DNA from: Seison nebaliae
Taxonomy: Eukaryota
NCBI GenBank assembly: GCA_023231475.1
Contig: JALJEE010001840.1
Coordinates: forward strand, 62,001-83,358
Direction of reading: 5' to 3'
DNA: 21,358 nucleotides
Shown in pieces: positions 1 through 11,140 of the stretch. Position 1 is the first letter of the stretch. Each line of letters begins with the position of its first letter. The notes beneath the pieces were generated by a model. The model was not told the DNA's origin, ran no database searches, and saw only the letters and a list, made by a program, of their open reading frames with translations. A program made the position numbers and the translations under genes.

Positions 1-139
1 AAAATTAATTGTTTCATTCAGTCTCCATTTTTGTGAAGAGTCATTTATCGGTATTTTTGTTAGTCAAGTTGATTGACTTAAAATAGTAAGAAATTAATAG
101 GAAATAATTGTGAAGTGAAAGATGATCACTACGGGTACA

Positions 140-1108
140 TCAAATGTCCGCTAATATCGAATTGGTGAATAGTGGCCGTTTTAAGTCATCAATTATTTCC
201 TCATCAAGTTCACTTGTATCTTCGCCGCTTTGGATTTCATCAAAATCGTCTAATGAAAAGAAGGAAGTATTGCTTGCTGTTGCGGTAAAGAATTCTGTAG
301 ATGATTCACTATCACAACTTAATTCTACACATTGATCACATCTACCATGGTCACTACTTGTCAAACTTATTTGTTCACTGCCACACGACAATGACATAAG
401 TAAAAGAGATGTTGTTGATATTGATGACAACGATTGTTCACGAATTTTGCACATTTTTTCGAAATTTTCATTAATTTCTTTAATTGAAGCATCTTCGTCG
501 AATATTAGAGAATTGTTTATTTCGTTATCTTCTTCTATTATGATTGAATGAGTTGGAGAAATATTGTTCAATTCAATTCCGTTATCAAAATACTCTTCAT
601 CATCTTCGATATCTCCTAGCAATAAATCTATGTTCCGTTCTTTTGGTAAGTTTAATATTAAATTATCTTTTGATAATTCACTGAGATAACATGATTCTGA
701 TATGTTATTCTTTTTATTTATATCTTCTCTTTTTATATCATTGTCATTGTTAACAACAGTTGGAATTTCAATTATCTCATTATTGTTAGTGGAAACTTCA
801 TTGACTTGACATTGATCGATTGAGTCGACAAATAATCCCAATTGATTTGCCACATTGATTTTGACCAAATTTTGTAGAGGTTGAATACTATATCTCGTTT
901 TAGAGTATTCATCTTTTTGTACATATTGCTCCATTTCTACTGAAGAACAATCAGAGTATCGATTTTCTAGAAACATACGAAAGGGAGCAACAGCTAATTT
1001 TGAAGAAACTAATTTCATATTAGAGAGACGCAATAGTTCTTCATCTTTTTGATCAGAAGTCCATTTGAAATCGTCACTTCTCTTCTTGTAAAGTCTGGCT
1101 GAGACCAT
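140..1108 (-). CDS. Hypothetical 322-aa acidic, Ser/Asn-rich, largely disordered protein
   Basis: Long uninterrupted ORF in AT-rich DNA, rich in D/E/S/N. The N-terminal segment ELLRLSNMKL is only vaguely SERTA/IER-like, which is not enough to name it. Confidence 0.7.
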   Translation of the reverse strand: MVSARLYKKRSDDFKWTSDQKDEELLRLSNMKLVSSKLAVAPFRMFLENRYSDCSSVEMEQYVQKDEYSKTRYSIQPLQNLVKINVANQLGLFVDSIDQCQVNEVSTNNNEIIEIPTVVNNDNDIKREDINKKNNISESCYLSELSKDNLILNLPKERNIDLLLGDIEDDEEYFDNGIELNNISPTHSIIIEEDNEINNSLIFDEDASIKEINENFEKMCKIREQSLSSISTTSLLLMSLSCGSEQISLTSSDHGRCDQCVELSCDSESSTEFFTATASNTSFFSLDDFDEIQSGEDTSELDEEIIDDLKRPLFTNSILADI

Positions 1109-1446
1109 AATTCTAAATGAATTTTTTATCTACCTAACTAGAATGGAGACAACAGAAATGTTGGCAAAATTCGAAGGAAAAAAAAACAATTAAACACGAA
1201 ATGCTTTTCGCTTAATATTTTCCATTCTAATCTTTACAAAGGTCGAATTTTTTGTTATTCCTTCTTCTTCGATCATCTCCTCATATATCTCATATATTGG
1301 TTTAGGTTAGTGTCGTTCGATCACTCCTATAACATTTCGCTCACATGTGAGAAATCGATGAATAATGTGTTGAGATGACTTTCTCTCGATATTTCGTCTC
1401 AACCTAAAATATGGTGGTAAAACTTTACTAATTCTAATTAAATTCA

Positions 1447-1698
1447 ATGATATTCTGTCAGAAGAGATATTGTCACGAGAACGATCGTTTTCGTCATCAA
1501 AATACTTCCTATGATTATAACAATTTCTATTTAAATTCTTTTTCTATCAAAAAAGTTTATGCGCTTCTTTATCCAGCCAAAAGACAATTTTCACAACGAC
1601 GTGTGACTGAGGAGCGAATTGACATAATCTCTAAGTGTTTTTCTTCTCAAAAAAATAATTTGCTTTTCGATTATTTATTTAATCATTTCAATCTCTAG
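1447..1698 (+). CDS. Possible small hypothetical ORF or exon
   Basis: 83-aa ORF with an acceptor-like tgtcag at about 1454-1461. No recognisable homology. Confidence 0.2.
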   Translation: MIFCQKRYCHENDRFRHQNTSYDYNNFYLNSFSIKKVYALLYPAKRQFSQRRVTEERIDIISKCFSSQKNNLLFDYLFNHFNL

Positions 1699-1737
1699 TT
1701 GTCAATGTTCTCAATTGAAAAAGTAATAAAAATTTTA

Positions 1738-2230
1738 TTACGTAAAAAATTTCCAATAAACAACCCCAATCAATATGATGATTTCCATAATCAGAATGCA
1801 ATACACCAAAATTTTGTTGCCAAACATTCTTAAAGGAAATTATATGAAAGAACAACAGGGAATAAAAAATTAACCTCATTTTAATTCGATTAGTCAATTT
1901 TTTTGCTCTTCCTAAAGTAGTGTCCGTCTCATGTAACTTTAATTTTCAAAAGAGACATGAGAAAATAATAGAAATATTTTTTAAATTTAACATTCTGTTG
2001 GATATTGGTCAACACTTCTCTCTGTTCGTTTAAATCCGTCATAGTTTCAGCTCCGATTACTTGGTTTGCTTCCGAGTACTGATTTGATCTCGCCACAGAA
2101 TCTTTCATTCGATTCAATACGTTCTCCATATCATCGTCCATATCAGTTCTGGTAACTTCTAAATATTATTTTCATTACGAAGAGATGTGGATAAAAAAAA
2201 TTGACTGGAATCATTTTCAAAAGGATTCAT
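1738..2230 (-). CDS. VTI1B: VTI1B-like Qb-SNARE, about 114 aa; exons 2230-2206, 2158-1992, 1936-1875, 1828-1738 (5' end uncertain)
   Basis: Spliced product MNPFENDSKVTRTDMDDDMENVLNRMKDSVARSNQYSEANQVIGAETMTDLNEQREVLTNIQQNLHETDTTLGRAKKLTNRIKMRMFGNKILVYCILIMEIIILIGVVYWKFFT. It has a SNARE heptad and a C-terminal TM tail resembling VTI1B (NKLLL...LELAILGGLVYYKFF). Confidence 0.8.
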
Positions 2231-2551
2231 TTTCCTTCCTCTTAATAAATCAATAGAGTTTCGTCCTTATGGAAATTTTCAGTAGGAACTTGAACTTTTG
2301 TTGACAGAAAATTCATATGACTTCCCACAATTTATATAAATATCTTCCATTCATAATTTTTTCAAGCTGGGAATTTGAAGAGACTTATTATCGGTAAAAA
2401 CTGTTCTATATTATAAAATATTTCAAACAATAATCGAAATAGAATTAGACTAATCTTTTATGATTAATTTATTATAAATTGACTAAAAATTGATCTGATT
2501 TGGAAAAAAAAATAAATTAAATTATTTGATTCGGGAAATGAATAAAATATA

Positions 2552-3749
2552 TCAGAATTTAAAGTTTCTTGTAAAATCATATTCGATGGTGGGGACTACT
2601 GCTTGAATGAATTTGAGGAAGATGACCATATAGTTCTTAGGTTCGAGTTTCTTTCCACTCTCTTCAGCCATTCCGATCAATTTCTTCATAACATCTGCAT
2701 GTCTGACAGTGAGATTATATTGAATAAATAAATGAAATTAAGAAAATGGAACTAACCGACACGGATGAATAGATAAAGATGGTGGTGATCCTTTTAGATG
2801 GGGATGATTCTCATAAGTCACAGTTCGTTTGACATGATCTTGAGAAATGTCTTCATACATTTGGTCAGGTGTTAACGGTTGTCGATTCTCATCATAACTA
2901 GAAGAAAGTTGAGATTTTCGTAGAATAAGGAAATTAACCCCGTTAACCACATTCGTGGCGTTCGATAATAATTATCATAAGTAATGTTCAAATCGTAAGT
3001 TCGCAAACTCATCGTCGTTTTATTTTCCTCTTTTTCATTCGTCGATTGCGACGTTGTCACTTCATCTTTCTCGTCTTTGTTTTCAACTAAATCGCTGATC
3101 TTTTCATCTACTAACACCTTGAGATAATGGAGATTATTAATTAAATCGAAATAATTTATTATAAGAACTTTTGAATCAACTTCATCCATATACGCTTCCA
3201 TATCATCTGCATCGGCACCTAAATCTTCATCATCATCATCGTCATCATTATTCTGATTATTATCTATTGGTTGGGGTTCATCTTTTTCAATATTTTCGGC
3301 CGCTTTATCTGCTTCGGTTTGGAAACCTTTATCTGATTGGTAATGATGAGTATCGACCCATGCGTCTTCTTCCGATTGATTCCTCTCATTCTCATTCGTT
3401 TCATCATTTTCGTTCAAATAGACGACTTTCTCCTGATTCTCATCGTATTCCATATGACGACATCTCTTGTAACAAGGAACATTTCTCGTAACTAGAAACT
3501 GCTTCTTCTCATCTAAATAACTTTTGGCCTTTGATGGATCACCACTTTTCCACTGCCATGTTGGACAGTGATATACAAGAAAATCACCTGCCTCTTTGAA
3601 CTGAAATGATGTTAATCATATAACAAATGAAGAAACATGAGAGAAACTTCAACTGGAGTGAGCATTCCACTCTCTAAGAATTTCGACGACTGGAGAACAG
3701 GGGTCAACTTTTCAGCCATTTTAGTGGCTGCATTAGATACTAAATGCAT
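2552..3749 (-). CDS. ATG3: Autophagy E2-like conjugating enzyme ATG3, about 334 aa; exons 3749-3648, 3600-3169, 3117-2939, 2897-2757, 2702-2552
   Basis: Motifs [71 protein letters not shown], catalytic SIHPCRHA and C-terminal [18 protein letters not shown]. Four GT-AG introns preserve frame. Confidence 0.97.
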
Positions 3750-4165
3750 TGCTCTTTATATTCACTTTTTGTATCGATTATACTCAAAGACAATTTACTT
3801 GAAATAAAATTATTTATTGAAATATTCCAATCTACTTCTATTGATGAGTTTGGTAACGTGTTAGTGGAAAGAAATTAAGTCATAAAAATATATTTTGTAA
3901 ATACGACAAAAATTGAAGTGGGAAGAATAACTTAAATATTTCCACTGTAAATTAAATTAAACTTAAATTTTGAAAGGTTTATTCCATTTGATTCAATACA
4001 ATCAACTGTAATATGATGATTTCCACGAGAAAAGGTTAATTTAATTATGTCATCAAATCGATTCTCCTCTTTCGATCTACAAGAACGATCCAGATATTGT
4101 TCGATTATTTTGTTAAACAATCTATTAAACTGTTTGATATTTTCATTTGGTTAAGGTCGAACTAA

Positions 4166-4624
4166 ATGACGATAACTGATTTTGAGAAAAACCTTTACCG
4201 CACAATCTTATTCATTAGCGATACAGTCGATATTCAGTTAATAACTATAGTTGTTTGCTCTGTAGGAGTATTAATTACAATAATTTTAATCGTTTATCTA
4301 TTTTGGACATTATGTAAGAAGGACAATAATTGTTGCTATCGATGTACTCATGGAACAAAAAATGCTATCCGGCATAAATCAATGACCATTTTACCTCCAA
4401 TAGACAAAAGTTATTCTGCTCTTGATGATACACAAAGTAAAGGTGACGGTAAGTATGAGACAGTGGATGAGAGGCAAATTAAGGATTCCTTAAATGTCGA
4501 ACCGAGTTATATCGATTTAGAAATGAGATGTCTAAGAGCTGATTTTATCGAACCGTTCATCAATTATTATGATATGAATCCACCATCAAAAATGAAAATG
4601 AAGAAAATGAACGTAACTATGTAA
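4166..4624 (+). CDS. Hypothetical single-pass membrane protein (152 aa) with juxtamembrane Cys cluster and Tyr motifs
   Basis: Hydrophobic ITIVVCSVGVLITIILIVYLFWTL followed by CKKDNNCCYRC. The tail carries YSAL, YETV and YIDL. Confidence 0.7.
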   Translation: MTITDFEKNLYRTILFISDTVDIQLITIVVCSVGVLITIILIVYLFWTLCKKDNNCCYRCTHGTKNAIRHKSMTILPPIDKSYSALDDTQSKGDGKYETVDERQIKDSLNVEPSYIDLEMRCLRADFIEPFINYYDMNPPSKMKMKKMNVTM

Positions 4625-4806
4625 TTGTATCAAAAATATTTTCGTTATTTTTAATCTTTATTAGAATTGAATTATTTATATTAAATTGATAAGACAATGT
4701 CCATTAAATCTAATTTTATTATCACTCTATTGTGAATGATTATGATGAATTTAACAGAGCACATCTACTTAACTTTCATGTTCAATTATATAAAACTAAT
4801 AAAGTT

Positions 4807-5337
4807 TTAATTTTTAATTTGAATAGAACTTTTGACCTGACAAAACCAATATTGGACGTACAGTCTTAAAGGACAACCTGTTAGTAGCAGATCAGTTTCG
4901 AATCCGTAACCAATGGACTAACATAAGAACGAGTAGAAGACGAACTTTTCAAAAGTTATGCAACGTTCCAACTTTTGGTATAAAGATCGAAATTGGTTTC
5001 TAACACAGATAGCACACTTGAATTTAAATGGCTGTCATGCTTGGTTGGTCGACCAACTAATATGACTTCCAATTCTCACGATAACGTTGGATTGTTTTAG
5101 CTTATTGGAAAGTGAACTGGTTGACGTTAAAAACGATTTGGATGGAGCATTCGCATTATTCAATTCTTCTTTATTATTTACAACAGTCGGAGAATTTTTG
5201 GGTTGCTTAGGTACACTAGAACGATACGCTGTGATATCACGATTTAGAGCTGTTCAATTATTTAATTCATTCATGATGTTCACTTGGTTTTCAATGATGA
5301 CTTTGACAATGACAGTTAAAACCACGAGATAAAATAT
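4807..5337 (-). CDS. Possible small spliced orphan gene (partial; start not resolved)
   Basis: Minus-strand open segments LNRDITAYRSSVPKQPK...KQSN, PFKFKCAICVRNQ...YSFL and CPLRLYVQYWFCQ...KN*. They can be joined by intron-like gaps of about 45-54 nt, e.g. 4878-4922 GTTAGT...TACTAACAG. No homology recognised. Confidence 0.3.
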
Positions 5338-7106
5338 CTATTAGTTCATGAATTCAAATGATTACTTCATGAAATGAGATATTCCAGTTCATTGTTGTTT
5401 TTCGATTTAACATAACATGTAACATATAACATTTTTAGTGCACTTAGAGCGTTTAACTCAACGACCTTCTTCATTTCAAATGATTAAATCGACTCACAGA
5501 AAGAATTGGGTTCCATAGGTTGGTTGTACAAGTAGAAGAGGTCAAATTCTTGCCGATATTTTCCATGCCCAAAATTGTCGGAAAAAATGTTATTATCAGT
5601 CTTTTTATGTATGAACATAGCTAAACTTAAATATCCTTTTTAAGTACTGTTCATTACTTTTACTTCTTTATTATATAAGGTAAGTCCATTTAAACATGGT
5701 AAAAAAAGATATACTAGAACTTTTAATAATAAATATAACCAAAACTATTTCGAACCGAAACGAAGCTGCACATACCGTTTAAATTTGGTTTAAAAAAAAA
5801 CAGATAAAAATTAAGTAACGAATTTATTCCCAGATCGAGAAAATATATGCATTAATAACTTTGATTATAAGAAGAGAAAGATGACACTGGCCATAGTCGG
5901 AAATTGAAATGGTGCATATTTATGTTCCATCATCATATATCATATATGATTATATGAGTGAGAGCCTCACCAGTCTTAAATGTGACTTTATATATCAGAA
6001 ATAATCGTTTTTCATCTCATATTCTGTCATACTGTTATTGGAAAAATACTTCTAAAGTAGCATATATCATAGATATGCTGTTTGTTTCAGACAATTATTT
6101 TTAGTGATAAGAATTGTTTAGGTTGTAAATTATAACATTCAAATAAAATATATAAATTTTATGACTAAACCAAAAATTTCTGTTTAACTATTTCATTCAG
6201 ATTGAATGATTATACTCTCTGCTTGATTAGAGAGTCATAATTATTCGTTTAAGATTATAGTCAAGACAGAGAACTTGTAGATGAGGCCGAATGTAACTTA
6301 CAGTTGGACTGGACCTTACCTGCTATTAAAGAATTCATGAAGAAATGTTTTCGGAGTGTATGGGAGTGTATGCGAAATTCGGATGTTCTCATGTAATACT
6401 AACAATAGAAAAACTTTATTTACTAAACACTCCTCGAGAGATAAATAGTTCATCATTTTTCTCCACTCTTATGAACATTTGGAAACATTTAAATAATTTT
6501 GATAGAATTACAATATTTTCAACTATTTGATATGTAAGAACAAAAAATGAGTTTATTTAACTTTTCAATTAGATGTAAGAACACTATTCAAATTCTACGA
6601 TTTATTAAACTTAACATTCTCATCGAATCGCAAGAACATGTCATCTTTTTTCATTTTTTTCCGTTCCTTATTCTTTTCTAGTTTCTCAAATTCTTATCAT
6701 GTTTCGAAGTCAATTGTAAATTATGTAGAATCTTATACATAATCACAAAAATTGATAATATATCCTTACAAATTGGTCAATAAGATCCATTCTCGTCTAT
6801 AGAACTAAATATTCAGAAGTAAATATTCTAAATATCTCAGTCTGTCCATTACAAGAATTTCAATTTCTTTATCAAATCCATTAGTAATGTTTTAGGTTAA
6901 TAAGTTCCGTTTCTATTATTTTCATAACCAGATTAATGAAGAATAAGACGAACAGAATAATAATAATTAGGATCTGAATGGAATATTGAAGGGAAGACAA
7001 TTCGATGTGGATATTTGTTTAATAATCATATATGTCTTCAAGATTATTCGAAAATTAATCGTCCTACTATTATTTTGTTATCCTCTCTGTTTGCGTATTA
7101 ATCATA

Positions 7107-9260
7107 ATGGCGGAACTGCAATGTACAACAGCCGCAGTATTTTTAACAATTTTTTTCACTTTATCTGTCGTTCTTCTTATCGAAGGAATTCTATTATTCC
7201 TTTTGATTTTTATGAAAAAAATGAAAGTTCAATTTTCATGGAAAGGAAGATTTCTCAAACAAACAAAACCATCACTTCATTTAAGTATAATTTTCTCCGC
7301 ACTATTCTCTTTAAAATTGTTCGTCCTCATGAACAGGCCCGAACCATGAAAACGTCACAATTTCATCCGTACCAAATGATGAAAATGGCTTTTATGACAA
7401 CCGCGCTTATCAAACTGACACAACGAAAACCAGAATGACGAATTTAGACGATGGTTCCTAATCATAATTGAATAAATCGTAATTCTAATTTCCTTTTTTG
7501 TGTAGATGATTCAAAAGATGAATCTGAAATTCAACCAAACTTACAACAGGTTCAATTACAGTTGCTAGAATAAATGAAATCATGATTAATTTGTCATTAC
7601 ACATAAAGGATAACGTCATTGAAGAAATTATTCATTTGGATAGTCGCACAACGTTAAGTAACAAAATTTTGTATCACGAACTCGATATAAATAAAGTCTC
7701 CGATTCAACATTAGAGCAGATGGATGGATTGATTGACAAATTTTTAATTGGGAACAAAATAAGGTTCCTAAGCGTAAATTCGTCAAATGGAAACTTAAAG
7801 GAGAAAGATATACTTGTTGCAATGGGAATTGATATTTCGGATGTTCTAAAGAAAACGAATTGTTCAGACAATTTATTTCATTTCCTTCATGAATTTAACA
7901 AGCTTAACAAGTATCCCGTTAATATTATTTTCTCAATTTATAATTAATGTTGCGATTAATTCAGATTACTCTCAAAGTTTTCCGATTTTCTGAATGTATT
8001 ACTCAGGATCTGTTCGAAAAGCAAGAAAGTATGATGCGAAAAAGTCAGTCTCAAGTTGCACTAAAACAAACAATCGATAACAAAGTGAAAGATGATATAT
8101 TAAGTTGTACCAATATAAAATTGACCAATAATTTAGACGAAAGTATGATTTGTTCAGATGTTGAAGAGAATGTAAAACCCTCTCTAATAACTATTAAAAA
8201 TGGATCAGAGGTATATCAAGAAAAAAATCAGGGTAAAGATGAAGATAAAGTAAATATTGCCGAAGACGTAGATAATGGAATTTTTGTTGAAACACTACCA
8301 GAAACTAGAAAGAATATGTCTCCTGCTGTCGAAGGTACTTTAATTGTTAAGAGAATCAGTGATTCTTCAACAGAAAAAAATTTCGAAATGATCGAATCGA
8401 ATTCTCCAGTATCCGATATATCACTCTCTATCAGTATTGATAAAGTTGAAGAATCTTCTCTAAATGAAGTTCGTCTAACCGGTAATTCAAAAGTGGATGA
8501 AGAAACTAATGAAAAATTGAAAGAAATTCCTCATGATTTAACCAATACAAAAAGAAGTTTAGAGGAAGAGTCGGAAATAAATCGATTACTTGAAAAGCAA
8601 GAACAAAAGTTGATTATCAAAGATCAAATTGTAGATAAGAAAAAAGAAACGGATCCTTCAATTACGACAGACATTACTAATGAAATCGAAAGAAAATTAG
8701 AAGTTATTGAAAAAGTTTACGAAAATAAATTGAATTCGAGAGAATGTACTTTGACCAAGAATGATGATAAAATGAAGCATTCCGAAGATGTCGTCAAACC
8801 AAACACCGAACAAGCTGTTGAAGAAATTGATAATAATTCATACAATAGTAATCTAACAGATCTCTCATTATCTTCCGATAACGAAATGTCATTGAATATC
8901 AAAAATTTGTCAACCACAGTTGAAAGACAATTGAAAAAACAGAAAGAAGAGTCATCGAGCCAATCATCAGATTCTTATTGTAAATTAGAAGAAAAAAATC
9001 ATTTAGATGATAAGCGATTGATCAACATGTTTAATGATGATGTCAAAGTTAATGACACAATTTCTAGTAAGAGAGAAGAAGTCGCCAAAATCGCCAAAGA
9101 AAAACGACGAGAACAAGTCAGGCGATTGACAACGGAAATATCGAGACTTTCCTTAACGGAGGAGTCAGAAAATTTAAGAAAACCACTTGAAATATCAAAG
9201 CCGTTTGGTTCTATATCTTCTTTAGAATCGTCCGATTCTTCGATTGGAAACTTAAATTAA
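7107..9260 (+). CDS. Hypothetical 647-aa protein with N-terminal TM anchor, degenerate PDZ-like segment and long acidic tail; exons 7107-7284, 7337-7453, 7506-7549, 7609-7917, 7965-9260
   Basis: Four introns of 47-59 nt join three ORF-track fragments in frame. TM AVFLTIFFTLSVVLLIEGILLFLLIF is followed by basic MKKMK and later GFYDNRAY. NLKEKDILVAMGIDISDV...YPITLKVFR resembles the C-terminal half of a PDZ domain. Confidence 0.65.
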
Positions 9261-9378
9261 TAAAATTATAGATATTTATTAATAAATATAAATGGAATGG
9301 AAATTGAATTTAATAAATTAAAAAGTAAAATGTCAATTTGGGAAAGAAATCTGTAATATTTTGCATAACGTTTAGTCA

Positions 9379-10304
9379 TTAAATGGGCATAGATGACAAA
9401 AGATTCAGAATTGATTGTTGATATAGTTCATTTATATTCTCTGACATGAAATTGTATTGATTCGCTGTTTGCATTTGTTGGAATGTCTGTAAGTTATCAC
9501 TATAATTATTGTCATTAGAAATCCGAATTGTATTTTCACCAATTTCATTTTCTTTGTTTTCTGTCGATAACTCAAATTGTTTCTGGTTGGAACTCATTTG
9601 ATTTAATGTTGATCCGAATGTTGTAGTTAATTGAAATTTGATTCCCAAGTGTTCATCCAACATTTTCGTACACCAAGTGCTAGGAATGAAAATCTCATCT
9701 TTGATATCATCAATCGATTCATTCTCATCTAAACGTTCAATTAGTTCCTTTAAAAAATAAATATAGTGCAAAGATCCATTAACAATATCAACGCGAGAGA
9801 CCCGACGTCGTTTCGTTCCTATTCTCATAGGTAGTACACATTTTAACTCGTCGAAAGCATTATTTAAGATGCCCATTCTTTTCTTCTCTCGGTAATTGGC
9901 CGCTAATCTCTGATTGTGCGTTAGAACTCGTCGTTTCTTTGATGTTGTAGTATCATCATCTACGGATTCCTCAAAATTGATTGCTCGTCGTTTTAAATTG
10001 GGTCTTTGTTCTTCTAAATTTTCAGTTTTCCCATCTATATTTTGGTTTGGTGAAAATCGAATTCCTGAATCATTCCAAGATTGATTAGATACTGAAAAAA
10101 AAGAAATTAAGTTAATGAATATGAGAGATTGTTTAATTTAAATTATAAACCTTTAGGAGAAGTTCCAAGAACTTCTAACTCAAATACACCAACATCATCC
10201 GATTGATTTGACTGATTGAATTTCATCTGCTCATCACATTTCGCTTGGATATTCATAATATCATCATCGCTTATATCATTAGGAAAAGACATAAAATTTT
10301 GCAT
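9379..10304 (-). CDS. Group-A bHLH transcription factor (most like PTF1/Fer3; about 288 aa); exons 10304-10151, 10091-9379
   Basis: QRLAANYREKKRMGILNNAFDELKCVLP...RRVSRVDIVNGSLHYIYFLKEL is a basic-helix-loop-helix domain. A 59-nt phase-1 intron at 10092-10150 links an upstream exon. The subfamily is not certain. Confidence 0.85.
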
Positions 10305-11140
10305 TATCCACTAAAAATTGAAAAGATTAATAATGAAAATAGATATAATTGACACTGGAACGATTTAACTTTTTAAATAGAAATTCTTCTCGCTCTCGTT
10401 CGTCACTTTTCTAGTCATTAAAAAAAAAAAGATAATTTCAATTATCGTAAATTGAGTGAGTTCCAATCGAACGATATTCAATCCAATCCAATTCGATGAG
10501 ATATAACAATTGTGACGAGTAGTTCACTTCTCCTTCCCAAACTCACTTCAATTGAATATTGTTCAATATCAGTGAACTATTGAGATCATTCAACTTCTGC
10601 ATAATTGTCACATAAAATTTCTGACTAATCGGTATAATTGAAAGAGGAAGAAAGAAGGATAGAATGGTCATGAAAAAAAATTTTTTCAATTCAAAATAAA
10701 TTATACCAAAATGATTGTTATTCAGAAAAATTGTTCAAACAAGACAATACCTGAATTTTATTTAATAAATTATTTATAAAATTTTGTATGGAGGCTATGT
10801 GGAACAAATTTTTTGTTCTTTGATTTTTATGAACAAAAATATATATTGGTCGACTTAATGATCATTCTGAAAGAATTCATTCCATACATTCATAAAATCG
10901 TACAATGTTTTTGTTTTTGAACCAGAATATATATAATATAAGGAAACAGATCAAAAATAAATTATGTTAACGTTTAATAAGGTTTACACAATAAATTTAT
11001 TTTAAAAAAATTTCAAAAATTCTCGAAAATAAAATTAATTGATTAATATATGCTGAATGAAGCAGATAGAAATAAGTCTCAATGAAAAATAGGAAATAAG
11101 GAAAATAATCTCAGGAAAATATTTCTCTTTCATTAATAAA

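Noticed and set aside
1000..1050. SERTA/IER-like motif at the N-terminus of the 322-aa ORF
   Set aside because: Only LxxSxxKL matches and the downstream consensus is missing. A profile search would be needed.
5925..5975. AT-rich palindromic CATATATCATATATGATTATATG and small GTGAG/CTCAC hairpin as an ncRNA
   Set aside because: Low complexity, with no recognisable RNA-family motif.
6277..6300. GATGAGGCCGAA, reminiscent of a hammerhead ribozyme core
   Set aside because: No CUGAUGA, no closing stem II and no GAAA/NUH arrangement.
6310..6330. CTTACCTG resembling the U1 snRNA 5' end
   Set aside because: It lacks the AUA start, and I could not find the U1 stem-loop I loop or an Sm site downstream. 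An 8-nt match is expected by chance.
10520..10579. 9-bp inverted repeat TAGTTCACT/AGTGAACTA as a pre-miRNA
   Set aside because: The stem is too short and the interior is asymmetric.
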